DNA of 64,000 bases from Mustelus asterias (lineage: Eukaryota), in assembly GCF_964213995.1 (NCBI RefSeq), contig NC_135818.1, forward strand, positions 76,694,001-76,758,000, written 5' to 3'. The translations under genes and the position numbers were made by a program. Shown here piece by piece: positions 1 through 12,430 of this stretch (positions are counted from its first letter, which is position 1; each line of letters starts with the position of its first letter). Below the pieces are notes generated by a model. That model had not been told where the DNA came from and searched no databases. It worked only from the letters and a program-made list of their open reading frames with translations.

Positions 1-394
1 TGGACCCACCCCCTGGGCATCTGCAGACCAGCCCCGACTGCAAGTTGCTAATGTGCCACGTTCAATGCATGTGAAAAGAAAGGGACTGCTGGGTACCAGC
101 AATTCAGTAAAGCCTGACTCAGAATGTGGGACACAAGGTCGAATTGCAGGGCTGTCCCGGAAAATCTGTGACAGTGAGTCACCCTGAGCTAGGTAGTGTG
201 TGGTTTGGTGGTGACTGTCTCCAGGAAATAGGGAAGGAGTGACGGCTACTGTTGCAGGTGATTTGTGGCTAAATCCATTAAGTGAGAGATCCAACACAGT
301 GAAGTTGGTAAGACAGTAAAATTGCACGTAGACCACATTTAAGCGAGGAGCAATGTGAATGCACCTCATCTTGTGAGCTAGTCTTTGTTGTTAT

Positions 395-589
395 AGTCCA
401 AAGATGTGCAGGTTAGGTTGATTGGCCATGCTAAAAATTGCCCTTAGCGTCCTGAGATGCGTAGGTTAGAGGGATTAGTGCGTAAATACGTAGGGATATG
501 GGGGTCGGGCCTGGGTGGGATTGTGGTCGGTGCAGACTCGATGGGCCAAATGGCCTCTTTCTGTACTGTAGGGTTTCTATGATTCTATG
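395..589 (+). mobile_element. HE1-type V-SINE, 5'-truncated, CR1-like tail
   Basis: gtccaaagatgtgcaggttaggttgattggccatgctaaa ... gggccaaatggcctctttctgtactgtagggtttctatg, as in the full copies in this window. Confidence 0.85.
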
Positions 590-665
590 TATCTGCTGTT
601 GCATGTGTAATTTATAATTTGTATGAACCATAATGTATCTGTTAATTCATGTTTGGCTTATGTTA

Positions 666-963
666 AGTTTTAAAGTTTATTTATTGTTGTCACAAGTGGG
701 CTTACATTAACACTGCAAAGAGGTTACTGTGAAAATCCCCCAGTCACCACACTCTGACACCTGTTCAGGTACACTGAGGGAGAATTTAACATGGCCAATG
801 CACCTAACCAGCACATCTTTTCAGACTGGGAGGAAACTGGAGCACCCACGCAGACACGGGGAGAACGTGCAGACTCCGCACAGACAGTGACCCAAGCCAG
901 GAATCAAACCGAGGTCCCTGGCGCTGTGAGGCAGCAATGCTAACTACTATGCCATCGTGCCGC
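666..963 (-). mobile_element. V-SINE with alternative (type B) tail
   Basis: Reverse complement of tRNA head + V-domain + tail ...cagtgttaatgtaagcccacttgtgacaacaataaataaacttta. Confidence 0.85.
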
Positions 964-1414
964 ACTAATCCTGATTCATGTTAAAGTAAAAACTCCAAAA
1001 TGTGAAACCTTCTTGTTAATTTCTTCATTTGGTGGTTATTTGGTAAATTTTAGTTATTTTTGGTTTGCAGTTCCTCCACGGGAACCATCACACGTGTGAC
1101 TGTGCAGTGTTGCCATACTATAGATGTAAACAGCTTCTTCATGTGTGTTTCTGAACCAGTTTTTGAATCTTCGGAACTCACTTCCTCAAAAGCCAGTGGA
1201 AAGAGGTTGGGGGGTGGTTTGTGGAGAAAGGGTTATCAGAGGGTGGGTGGTCGGCAGGCAGGAGGTTACACTAAGATCAGCCATTAGCCTTTAAATGGCG
1301 AAACAGGCCTGAAGGGCTATTTTGCTAAACAAAATGGCTGGTGGCATCAGTTATACTCGGGTGAGTTTTAGAAAATCCGAATTACTTAAGCTGCATGGTG
1401 GTTCTCTCTTCCAG

Positions 1415-1578
1415 CCACCAAGCCAGCCTTCAAGTGGAGTCCTTGCAGGAGCAACTTCAAACCATCGCAAAACAGCGAGATGAGGCGATGATGCAGTTGA
1501 ATGTGTCTCAGGAACAAGTGAAGCAATATGCAATGTCACTGACAAACCTGCAGATGGTGATAGAGCAATTTCAACAGG
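1415..1578 (+). CDS. TRIP11: TRIP11/GMAP-210 coding exon (probably equivalent to human exon 14), coiled coil: (S)[54 protein letters not shown]
   Basis: Pyrimidine tract plus CAG acceptor (AG 1413-1414); donor G|GTAAGC at 1578/1579; 164 nt. The peptide closely resembles the recalled human TRIP11 sequence [15 protein letters not shown]...QMVLEHFQQ. Confidence 0.95.
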
Positions 1579-2879
1579 GTAAGCAAATATCGAAAGTGAC
1601 TCTATATTTTTTGGGATGGATCTAGCCAGGCAGAAGTTTAACTAAGAAGTTATACTTGATTACTTCCCAGCTTTCCTTTCCACTTTCCCATTTAATGATT
1701 TTAAGATCATCTCACACAACAGACACTCTTCTGTTCAAACGAGTAAGACTGAAGTGCAAGTTGTCTGTTGTACACTTAAATCTGACACTAGGGGGCAGAG
1801 GCGGTATGTACGGAGCGATTCTCCAGTCTTCCCACGTCCTCAAATTAAATAATCCTAACTGAGCATCTCCCATGATGACCTCGCCATAATATGGAATTGC
1901 TGTGCCAGAGATGCAGATGTGACCCTGTTTCGTAGCATCCCCATGGCTTGGAGTGCATTGGTACACTCTTTTAAACCAAAGATAGCTTACCAGCATATAC
2001 GGAATAATCTGTAAACAAATGCCTTATTAATCCCTTCAGTGATGTAACCGGTGTTCAAAGTCCACTGACAGTATTCAGTCCTTATACTGTCGTCTTGATA
2101 ACGGGCATGAATGGTAAAATCATAAAGACTAACCGTGGAGCCAGAGTTGAAAAGCATTTGTTTCTGGCCATTGTTTCTGGAGACTAAAACGTTTTCCAGG
2201 AAGAAATACATTTTGATGATATTTCCGAATGTAGACTATACAGCCAAGATCGAGCTCAGTAGTTGGAATGGGTTGCTGAGAAGAACAGTTGAAGCCAGAA
2301 CACGAGACTCCTTTAAGCCACAGCTCGATGTGGTAACAGGAAAAACAGATTTGGCACTTTGGAAGTGTAAGATCAAATAACCTGAAGAGAGCCTCCTTCA
2401 GCCCAAACTATTGCAATGAACTGCATGATTCATATGCTGCATGTATATGGAGTTGTAAGAGAAACTGGAAGAGGGCAAGTGATCATAGGGAAGCAAAATA
2501 CCTGCAAATCATCAACTTACCTCAAAATAACAATGTCTGGTGATGAATTATATGGAATTGACAGCTATGGCATAAAACTACTAGTTGACACTAAATAAAT
2601 ATATCGACTTGATACTTGTTTTTATTGGAATGCTCTTATTGGAATGTAGCATTTCAGAATACTCTGATGTTTTAATGGAGTATGAATTGAAAATGATCAA
2701 GCACCATTGCATGAGTAGGCTGTGTCACTTCAGCTTGTCACACTTTACTCCTCACTGCAGGCTTCATCCAACACCTTTCTCTCCCTCCCTAATTTGGTGC
2801 CAGGTCATTGTCATTGGGACGTCCCCGTCCCCCCTGCCCCATTTCTTCCCCTCTCTCTCTCTCTCTCTCCCCCCCCCCC

Positions 2880-3150
2880 CCCCCCCAATCCCCGTAACCC
2901 CACGCATTTATCCCACTAACCCCCCCCCCATCCCCGTAACCCCACGCATTTATCCCACTAACCTACACATCCTGGGACACTAAGGGGCAATTTAGCTAAC
3001 CTGCACATCTTTGGATTGTGGGAGGAAACCCACGCAGATACAGGGAGAATGTGCAGACTCTGCACAGACAGTGACCTAAGGCTGGAATTGAACCTGGGTC
3101 CCTGGCGCTATGAGGCAGCAGTGCTAGTTATTGTGCCACTGTGCCGCACC
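2880..3150 (-). mobile_element. HE1-type V-SINE with an internal ~41-bp tandem duplication next to a CT/C tract
   Basis: cccgtaaccccacgcatttatcccactaac occurs twice (about 2890 and 2932); V-domain and head are on the minus strand. Confidence 0.8.
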
Positions 3151-4547
3151 ACCACAACCCCCCCCCCCCCCGCCCCAAAGATGTTGAGTGGAATGGGTAA
3201 ATAGCAAGACTAAGTGCATAAAATCTAAAAAGTGCAAGTATAGATTGCTCAAACCATTTAAAACAAAAAAGAAAGCAAAGGATGACAAATTTATACAAAT
3301 CCTTGCTTAGGGCATACTTCTATATTGTAAAACGGGCATTAAACTAGTAGAGAAGACGACTACTGACTAGGGAGAAAAAGCAGTGAATGCTGAAGCTCAG
3401 CAAGTTAACATTTGCTATGTATAAAAAGAGATGATAGAATAAACTTTTTCTAAAGAGGGTTTTAGGAGTAGATATTGGCACAGCAAGTAGTTTGAGGCAG
3501 AAACATTGGGTATCTTGTAAGACAAAATTAGATGACTATATTAAGTGTGGGGGGAATAAAGGACTGTTGAGTGGGGGTATGAGAGTGAAATTTGTTTTGG
3601 ATTGCTCAGAACAAAGGTTTGGTACCGATTGAGTGCTGAATGATGTCCATCTCTGCTGTAAGCCTTTATTGAGCCTGTTACAGCCAGTACACTTTACACT
3701 GAGAATCACTGCAAACAGAAACCTCACTGGCTTTCTTCCCCCCCATTTGCTTTACCCTCCATCACTAATTTATGGGATATTGAGGAAAATGCAGCACATC
3801 CACAAACTCCCTGATTGTGATCAGATAACTTAAACTAAAATTTGAATTTTTGATGTTTAATGCTTATAGTCGATCAGGCAGAAGTCAGGCTGCATCTCGT
3901 GCTGCATTTATGTGTTGTAACTTTTACAGCTCATTTAACTTATCTATTTACATAAAGTCATAGGCAATGTTCCCCCACAGTGTATGATTCACTGTGCAAT
4001 TGCTTTTTATTTGTCTGCTGCACCCTGTGTTACTGATTACTAAATCCTTTACATCTATAATTGTCTATTTTATTACTAATCATTGAATGCAAACAGGAAC
4101 CTTTTGGTAACCAGTAGTATACACATATTGTAAATGCTTGTATTTATTGTTAACTTGTATTTGTTAAATTAATATTTAATTAAATGTCCGATAGATCCAA
4201 GGTGAAAAGCCAACTTTTAAAAATTCCATCCAAGCCTATTTCTGCTGCTGAATTTGTGCTCAGTTCCCCAATATGTCTTTCCATCCTCATCATTTTCGCA
4301 ACTGTCTAATATCCTTGTTTCTTAGCACTGTTGATAAAATACAGTGGCTGAATTTTCCGGTCTCGTGCACTCCACCACCGTTGCCAGCGGGACTGTAGAA
4401 TCCCCGCTGTGGGCAAGGTTGGAGATTTCCAACCATTGTCTTTATTAAATAGCCCATTTGCCCCTCAAGGTTATTTTTAAATGATCCTTCATTATTTAAT
4501 GGGTTTCCGTTATGATTTTTTTCTCGCTGCCTGCTATAACGGCTATG

Positions 4548-4890
4548 GGGTGGCATGGTAGCACAGTGGTTAGCACTGCTGCTTCACAGCTCCAGGGATC
4601 TGGGTTCGATTCCTGGCTTGGGTCACTGTCTGTGTGGAGTTTGCACATTCTCCTCGTGTCTGCGTGGGTTTCCTCCGGGTGCTCCGGTTTCCTCCCACAG
4701 TCCAAAGATGTGCGGGTTAGGTTGATTGGCCATTCTAAATTGCCCCTTAGTGTCCTGAGATGTGTAGGTTAGCGGGATTAGTGGGTAAATATGTAGGAAT
4801 ATGGGGCTAGGGCCTGGGTGGGATTGTGGTCGGTGCAGACTCGATGGGCCGAATGGCCTCTTTCTGTACTGTAGGGTTTCTATGATTGCT
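4548..4890 (+). mobile_element. Full-length HE1-type V-SINE
   Basis: A box TAGCACAGTGG, B box GGTTCGATTCC, V-domain (gtgtggagtttgcacattctcc...gggtttcctccgggtgctccggtttcctcccacagtcc), CR1-like tail. Confidence 0.9.
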
Positions 4891-4956
4891 ATGATGATAA
4901 CTCACTTTGGATCTTTAATTTTATTTCAATGGTAGGCACGCGACCTTGATTAGGAT

Positions 4957-5552
4957 GCAGTAGCATGGTGGTCTTGTTACTCATAATCCAGAAACATGAG
5001 AACAAAGAAAATTACAGCACAGGAAGAGGCTCTTCGGCCCTCAAAGCCAGCACCGATCATGCTGCCCGACTGAACTAAAATCCCCTACCCTTTTGGGGAC
5101 CATAATCACTCTATTCCCATCCTATTCATGTATTTGTCCAGACACCCCTTGAAGTCACGAAGTGAGTTCAAATCCTACCACAGCAGTTGGGAATTTAAAT
5201 TTAGTTAATTAATTAAATCTGTAATAAAATCAGTAATGGAGACCATCAAGTACTCGGTTGTCATAAAAACCTAGCTGGTTCGTTAATATCCATGATAGGG
5301 AGAAGTAAACCTATCATTCTTACCTGGTCTGGCCTGTAGATGACTCCAGATCCTACAATAACCTGGTTTACTCTTAGCTGTCTTCTGAGATGTTCTTACA
5401 AGCTAGTCAGTTGTATTAAAAAGCTGAAATGGAAAGCTTTGAGCCACGTGAACATCAGTGGTTGCACATCCTGCTTCCCGAATGGCTAGCTTGAATGGAC
5501 AATCAGTTTTGGCCCTCCCAGCAACCCCCACTTTGTGTGAATGAGTTTTTAA
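4957..5552 (+). mobile_element. Old tRNA-headed bipartite SINE interrupted by an antisense CR1 3' fragment (about 4998-5162)
   Basis: Diverged match to 54877-55200 (ctggttcgttaat...cttacctggtctggcc...tcagttgtat) and to the LINE 3' end at 42240-42330. Confidence 0.6.
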
Positions 5553-5671
5553 AAAACCACCTAAATTAAAGTAGTAAATTTCAGGTTACTTATGGAGATA
5601 AACATTATTAATTTTATTTGATTTAATTAGCACTTGTATTTTTTTTGTGACAATTCATATTGTCTGTGTAG

Positions 5672-5775
5672 AGGAGAAAGCAATGTATGCAACTGAGTTG
5701 GAGAAGTATCAGAAGGACATTGCAGAGTGGAAGAAGAAAGCATCAAGTCTTGAGAAAACCGTCACAGAATTAGAG
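5672..5775 (+). CDS. TRIP11: TRIP11 exon (about exon 15): EEKAMYATELEKYQKDIAEWKKKASSLEKTVTELE
   Basis: tgtgtAG acceptor 5670-5671, GAG|GTAAGG donor; 104 nt. Phase 1 join (G+AG=Glu) with the previous exon; resembles recalled human EEKAMYSAELEK...IAEWKK. Confidence 0.95.
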
Positions 5776-6065
5776 GTAAGGAGAACATTTCCTTTAGTTT
5801 TCTAGCCAGGGATGCGAATCAGTGGATAGTGAATCTTTCTGTAATTTGCCATTCAAAAAAACTCTTACCACTGAAGTTTTACATCGGTGATATCCTGTAG
5901 GGTCCTATATTGTATTGGTTATTTTTCTTTGCTTCGATAGCCGAGGGCCCTATTTTACCATTTTGATTCTAAGTGCTGGGTCGATTTGAAACTGGGAGTA
6001 TTTCTTAGAAATCTTAGAATCTTAGAATCCCTACAGCACAGAAAGAGGCCATTCGGGCCATCGAG

Positions 6066-6360
6066 TCAGGCAGAGTGGCAGCAGACCCCCCCTTCCCCTC
6101 CCCTGATCTCAGGCAGAGTAAGAGTTTTAACAACACCAGGTTAAAGCTTTAACCTGGTGTTGTTAAAACTCTTACTGTGTTTACCCCAGTCCAACGCCGG
6201 CATCTCCACCTCAGGCAGAGTGGCAGTGGACCCCCCTTCCCCTCCCCTGATCTCAGGCAGAGTGGCAGCGGACCCCCCCCCCTTCCCCTCCCCTGATCTG
6301 AGGCAGAGTGGCAGCGGTCCCCCCTTCCCCTCCCCTGATCTCAGGCAGAGTGGCAGCGGA
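6066..6360 (+). repeat. Minisatellite, about 4.5 units of TCAGGCAGAGTGGCAGCGGACCCCCCTTCCCCTCCCCTGATC
   Basis: Direct tandem units seen directly; interrupted at about 6120-6209. Confidence 0.9.
6117..6209. mobile_element. Penelope-like terminal fragment forming a perfect 60-bp palindrome
   Basis: 6117-6176 is self-complementary; the tail ctgtgtttaccccagtccaacgccggcatctccac matches the copy at about 32375-32410; flanked by the direct repeat ctcaggcagagt. Confidence 0.75.
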
Positions 6361-8249
6361 CCCTCCTTCCTGCTACCTAGCCCACCAACCTGTGGCTTCT
6401 CGGCACTGTGCGATAGCTTTAGAGTTTTTGGGGCAGCTGAATTTAGCTCTCTGAAATCTATCTGTTTCGGAGATTTCAACAGCTTGGTTCTCTGCTGATT
6501 GCAGTTTTGCTGTTAAACTAGCTGAATGTTTTCCTGACTCCTGCCCTGATACTACTTCTGAAAAGTGTCTGTACTAAAAGCCTTGAATGTTTATAATTAG
6601 CTTTACATCTCTGGGATGAAGCCATCTATTTACATAGGGTGAGAAGTCTTGACATCTGCTAAAAGCCTAGATTGTCTCAATCAAGTTAACAGTAATCAGA
6701 AAAAGCAGCGTGCTTAGCATCAATTATTTGGAGGCATAAAATGCCAGCATGAAATTTGGGCCAACTATTATAGTAATTATAGTAACTTAGAAAATATACA
6801 AACTCCATTAGAAGATGTTGCAGCCAAAATGAACAAAAGTGAGTCTGCATCACACTTGTTTTCAATCACTCCCAGTATATATTTTGGTTTTAAGTACTGT
6901 AAGTTCTCACTTAAAGTTGTTTCTGAAAATTGTAACTTTAAGTGGAATATGGATTCCCTTAGGAGTTAACATTAAAAGTGGGATAGGTTCTGTAGGACTT
7001 CCTTTGTCAGAAAGAAAACACTCAAAACACCCTGCATGTAAGTTAAAGTACTTTACATTGCTACATTACTACGTTGGTGAATGGAATAATTTTGAAAGCA
7101 AAATTAAATTTAAAAACTTAGAGGAATTATTTGAGGTTTATACTTGCACTACTTTCTGCTCACCGCCAATCCCACTTCCTGAACTTCTAATTTCCTGATT
7201 CTCCTGGTCGCAGGTCCTTCCCCTCCCTGACCCTCTGACTTGCAGCCTCTCCCAATCCTGACCGTCTGACTTGAGGTCTCTCCCGTGATAATCCCACTCC
7301 TTGACTTGCCCTCTCCTCGTCTCCCTTCCTGAACCTGTGTCTCTGTTCAAAATCCGGATCTAATCCAGATTTCAGGAGTTGTTGGTGTGTGTCAAGATGA
7401 TGCAAAAATGCGGAGCTGGGATCTTATAATCCGTATTTTTTTTTAAATGCACCTGCTTGCTGCTTCTCTCTCCTGAACCCTCGCTGCAGATGAATGGAGA
7501 GAGACAAGAAGAGCAACTTAAATGGTCATTTGCGAAAAAAAGGATTATGAAAGACTCAGTTGAGCACTTCTGCACCGTTGGGACTTGCACCTTGAAAACC
7601 ACAGAGCTCCGGCAGATCAGAGCTGGGTTTTGAGCTAGAATGCAGGTTCAGGAGTGGAAAAAGATGAGTTGAGGAGCAGGAGGGTGGGTCTGGCACAAGT
7701 CGGAGATCCAGGAGGTGAAAAGGACACGAGTTCGAGGGTCAGGCAAGGGGAGAAGCCTTAAGCTAAGGATCGGGCATGGGGATAGGTCACATGTTGAAAG
7801 ATCAAGCAGAGGCTGCAAGTCTGAGGGTTGGGCGTGGAGAAAATGACAGGGTCTGGCACTGGGAGAGGCCACAAGTCACATTGTCGAGCACAGAGAGGCC
7901 ACAGGTTGGTGGGTTAGGTGGCAGGGGAGGCTGCTCCAAAGTGGCACCAATAGGGCATTGTGGGAACTGATGCGAAAACAAATCTCTCAATGCTCAACAA
8001 GATGATGGGCCGCCTCCTCCATTAAACTACCAACATTAAAGCGAAACAACATTAAATGGGGACTTGGTAATATGTTGCAATTTTGTTTGCATTTGGATTC
8101 CATATAGAGTGAATTTAATTGGTGATCAGGCAACTTTTCCTACCGACACTTCAGCATATCTACAGCACCAATTCTCAGCACCCATTAGAAATTATTCTTT
8201 TTTTCCCACCCGTATTTTACGATTGATAACTGCTTTCCTTCTGTTACAG

Positions 8250-8349
8250 CAACATTTGAAGGAAGCAAATGATGCTCTAGATTCTGCATCAAGACTAACT
8301 GAACAGTTGGATCTTAAAGAGGAGCAGTTGGAAGATCTTAACAAACAAG
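8250..8349 (+). CDS. TRIP11: TRIP11 exon (about exon 16): [33 protein letters not shown]
   Basis: ttccttctgttacAG acceptor, AAG|GTAATG donor; 100 nt; [13 protein letters not shown] motif as in vertebrate TRIP11. Confidence 0.95.
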
Positions 8350-8500
8350 GTAATGCATTGCTTTGCGAGTGTAACTGGTTAATTAAAAAGGTAATAACAA
8401 GAGTTTGGTATTCCACCATCTTCCCCTCAAACTCATTTGTGATTTTAGCCATTTTGGTGCTGAACGGACTCAAAGATGGAATTATAGAAAAGGTGGGCGT

Positions 8501-8670
8501 TGATTTGATTTATTAGTGTCACATGTATTAGTATACAGTGAAAAGTATTGTTTCTTGTGCACTATACAGATACAGCATACCGTACATAGAGAAAGAAAGG
8601 AGACAGTGGAGAATGTAGTGTTGCAGTCATAGGTAGGATGTAGAGAAAAATCAACTTAATGCGACATGGT
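8501..8670 (-). mobile_element. Rex1/Babar-like LINE 3' end fragment
   Basis: Matches 56557-56720 (tgatttgatttatt..gtcac..atacagtgaaaagtattgtttcttg). Confidence 0.8.
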
Positions 8671-9947
8671 AACAACAACGCATTTACAGATTTTGGAGGG
8701 GGAAAGTGGAGGTTGGAAAGGAGACAGTAGTTTGTAGAGGGGTCCAGGATTGAGTTTTGAGGAGCTGGGTGATGACAGCAGATTTGAAGGAGAATGGGAC
8801 AAAAGTCTGAGAAAGCCATTAACAATATCAGCTTAAATGGGAGTCATTAGTTTCATGTACAACAGAAATAACTATAATCTTAAATGAGGACTATGACTTA
8901 AATGATCTATGGAGAAAGAGGTCAAGGGGAATAATATTGGCTATAGCCATACAGGGCCATTAACGAACATTTGAGTTAAGTGGACTGTATCCATCAGTAT
9001 CTAAAGATACAGTTATCTGTGCAAGTTTATATCTTGTAGCACTCTCTGACTTGGTAAATCCTAAGAAGAAACATTTGCTAGTTGAATAAAACCACACACT
9101 ATGCTTATTTTGTTACCTAAACTCTTATGAAAATATTTCATATGGATCCCTACGCAGACTCGCATGACACTCATTTCACTTACTGTTTTAGATTGTGTTT
9201 TACAAACAAAATCTGCATATGTGTTTTTTAGACTGTTGGAGCAACTTGTGCAACATGCAATTAAAATGCGATTTGGCATTTGACTCAAATAGGGGCCAGA
9301 ATGTGGCGACCAGGGGAAATTTCACAGTAATTTCATTGTAGTATTAATGTAAGGCTTACTTGTGACTAATAAATAAACTTTAACTTTAAACGATCCTCTT
9401 TTTGATGATCCTCTAATTTCGTGATCCAGTGCAGTTATCGGAAGAGTTCATTGGTGACTTGGAGGCAAATGATCAACAGATGAGACCAGAATGATTTGAG
9501 TGCAGAGAAAAGTTTTTCCCTAATAGAATAATGAATGCGAGGACTAGCCCCTGTTCAAGTGGTTCATGCTGTGTCAATTAACATTGAAAACAAAAATCTG
9601 GACGCGTATCTGATTAGTAACAAGATTTAAGATGATAAGGATAACCGCTGATGCTGATAGTTAAGCCCTGTGTGGAACATGATTGCAATCTAAGATGTAG
9701 GGGCCATACGAATCCCATGCTAAGAAAGAATTAGTCTAAGATATATAATGCAGTATAAAACTAGATAGTTATTCAGGATGTTACTTCATTAATCTTGTTG
9801 ACGGGATGATGCTTTCTTTAGGTGACTGTGCTGGTTAGAGTCTGTGATGCACAAATTATTGCATGGTCTCTGAAAGGGATGAATTTGATGGGCCAATTGT
9901 CCTCTATACATTCAAACTTCTCTGTGCTTTTACAAAGAGCGATAAGG

Positions 9948-10235
9948 GTGACACAGTGGTTAGCACTGGTGCCTCACAGCGCCAGGGACCCTGGTTTGAT
10001 TCCCAGCTTGGGTCACTGTCTGTGCAGAGTCTGCATGTTCTCCCACTGTCTGCATGGGTTTCCTCCGGGTGCTCCGATTTCCTCCCACAGTCTGAAAGAC
10101 GTGCTGGTTAGGTGTATTGGCCATGCTTAATTCTCCCTCAGTGTAACCAAATAGGAGCTAGAGTGTGGCGACTAGGAGACACAGTAACTTCATTGCAGTG
10201 TTAATATAAGCCTAGTTGTGACACTAATAAATGAA
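9948..10235 (+). mobile_element. V-SINE, type B tail
   Basis: Head and V-domain plus ...cagtaacttcattgcagtgttaat..agcctagttgtgacactaataaa; a tail-only fragment also lies at about 9290-9390. Confidence 0.85.
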
Positions 10236-11619
10236 CTGAACTGAAGGGACTTAGTGTAACCTTTCATGTATGCAAATGTGTAAAAGCTTCAGCTACATTT
10301 GACTGCCATTGGAAAGCTAGATTGGTGTTATAAGTGATGTGGATTTGGTTTTGGATTGCTGGAAACAATCTGCTATGCTGCAAGGAACTGGAATGTTTTC
10401 AAATATTTTGAGGAGTTTTAATTATAAGCATGTCTTTCCTGATTCAGTGCATAATTTTGAATGAAGTTAAGGATCCATCATAGAAGTCACTATTTTTTGG
10501 TCTTTTGGATTACCTCTCTGCACCAAAATTTGGGTATTTTCTTTACCTGTGATCTGCAATGGGTTTGCATTAAGAGTCGATCTTCACTGGAGCGGGTGAT
10601 GCAACAGCAATATGACAGTTCAAACCCATGCTGCAGCAGAGGCAAAAGCTTTCCACATACAAGCTGCAAATCACTTTCTGGTATATGAATGAGGATGGAG
10701 GTAAGCACCATTTAAAGGATGAAGGGGAAGATAGTGGAACAAAACATGGTAAAATGCATTTATGATTGAGAAATTTACATGTGTTCCTAAAATAGGAAAA
10801 GCTGGTTTTGACCAGCCCCAGTTGTTTTGCTGTTTAATACAGTATTTTTCAGTACAGAAGTAGGTGAGCCAGCAAAGCTGACTTCAAGATTGCAGCAAAT
10901 TCTCCACACTGAAATGATCCAAAGCTAAGTTAAAATGTATGGATACTTCAAGGGAATGGTACAATCCAACTAGTTTTGTAATTTTGTAGAAACCAGCAAT
11001 GTCTTGATCACATTAATGTCAAACAGGTCAATGGCATTTGTCCACATCTTTGAACATGATTGAATACATATAGCTTCACTTCATCAGTGATAAATGTAGA
11101 TGTTTTGTGTGTTGAGGCACTCTGTTTGCCAGCGATGTTTCCTGCATAACTTCATTCTTTCTTTCTACTTAATGTATTGGCTTATGTTCTGACCTTGATT
11201 ACTCAGTGGTAAAGTATTTGTTGAAACACAAACAGTTGACTAGCCAAAGAAAAGCTGAGTGGGTTGGGGGGAGTCAGGAAGGAGAGGAAAATATCGATTG
11301 AGAGTCAAAGCCAAGCTGAATATGGAGCTCAGAATGGAGCTGCTTGTCTTATTTAATTTGTATTGAACTGAGCCAGTCTAGTAAACTAAACCGTATCAAA
11401 TATACTCCAAATAATATGGTATTTCTCCCTTACCCCTTGCTGTTTACGGTTGACATGCATTTTGGTTTTCAGCACAAGTGAGAACTTTTCTATATTTTTC
11501 TCAGTATCTTACCTAACGTATATTCATTAATATTGCTGAAGCTTTGCATGCATTGTTTTTTTTTGGTTACTCAGACCAGCAAGTTCCTGTGGTTTATTTT
11601 TCTATTTTGGGGCACCAGT

Positions 11620-12430
11620 TTTTTACTTTAAGGGTTGTGGGCATTGCTGGTGAGGCCAGCATTTGTTATTGAGCCTTAATTACCCTTGAGAAGATAGTGG
11701 TGGGCTGCTTAAAAAAGTACCTGGATCTTCACCTTAAGTGCTGTAAGTTGCAGGGCTTTGGGCCATCTGCAGGAGGATGGGATTAGAAAGGGCACTTGGG
11801 TGTCTTTGGGTCGGCATGGACAAGATGGGCCAAATGGTCCCCTTCTATGCTGTATCATTTCTGTGGTTCTATGCCGCCTTGAATCACTGTCGTCCAGTTG
11901 GTGGAGGTTCAGTCTCAGTTCTCTAGAGGGAATTCCAGGATGTCTACCTAGCAATGGTGAAGGAATGATGATTTTGTCCTAATTCGGCATGGCCAGTGAC
12001 TTGAAGGGGAAGTTGCAAGCAGTGATGTTCCCATGGGTCTCCTGTCCTAGGTGGTGGAGATCACAGGTTTGGAAGTTGTTGTCAAATGAAGCTTGGTAAG
12101 TTGCTGCAGTGCACCTTGTAGACGGTGTGGGAAGCGCACTCATCCATGCAAGAGGCGACTATTCCATTACACTCTTTATGCCTTGGAGATGGTGGACAGG
12201 CTTTGGGAAGTCCTTTAGGGAAGAAAATCTGCCGTCCATACCTGGTCTGACCTACATATGACTCCAGAGCTGTAGCAATGTTGTTGACTCTCAACTGCCC
12301 TCTGAAATGGCCTAGCAAGCCATTCAGTTCAAGGGTGACTCGGGATGGGCAATAAATGCTGGCCAGGAGTTGAGTTTATCGCCACAGAATACCCAGCCTT
12401 TGACTTGTCTGAGCCACAGTATTTGTAACT
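11620..12430 (-). mobile_element. CR1-group LINE 3' remnant with a nested CR1 3' fragment (11709-11872, +) and a bipartite SINE fragment (12207-12365, +)
   Basis: The host matches the reverse complement of 42030-42330 and resumes after each insert. Confidence 0.7.

Larger units (their letters stand above)
5945..6762 (+). mobile_element. Harbinger-like non-autonomous element hosting a ~43-bp minisatellite and nested insertions
   Basis: The start gggccctattttacc...ttctaagtgct resembles the start at 14841; the end is gaaatttgggcca; no clean TSD. Confidence 0.45.

Noticed and set aside
120-187. hAT-like terminus (ctgtcccgg...gtcaccctg)
   Set aside because: Only one degenerate end is visible at the window edge, and no TSD can be tested.
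4496-4772. Recurrent ORFs such as MVSTAASQLQGPGFDS..., MAQWLALLPHS... and MDCGRKPEHPEETH... across the window
   Set aside because: These are translations of the multi-copy V-SINE in different frames, not a gene family.
6066-6360. CRISPR-like direct repeats
   Set aside because: The units are contiguous with no unique spacers; the single interruption is a transposon fragment; the context is a eukaryotic intron with no cas genes.
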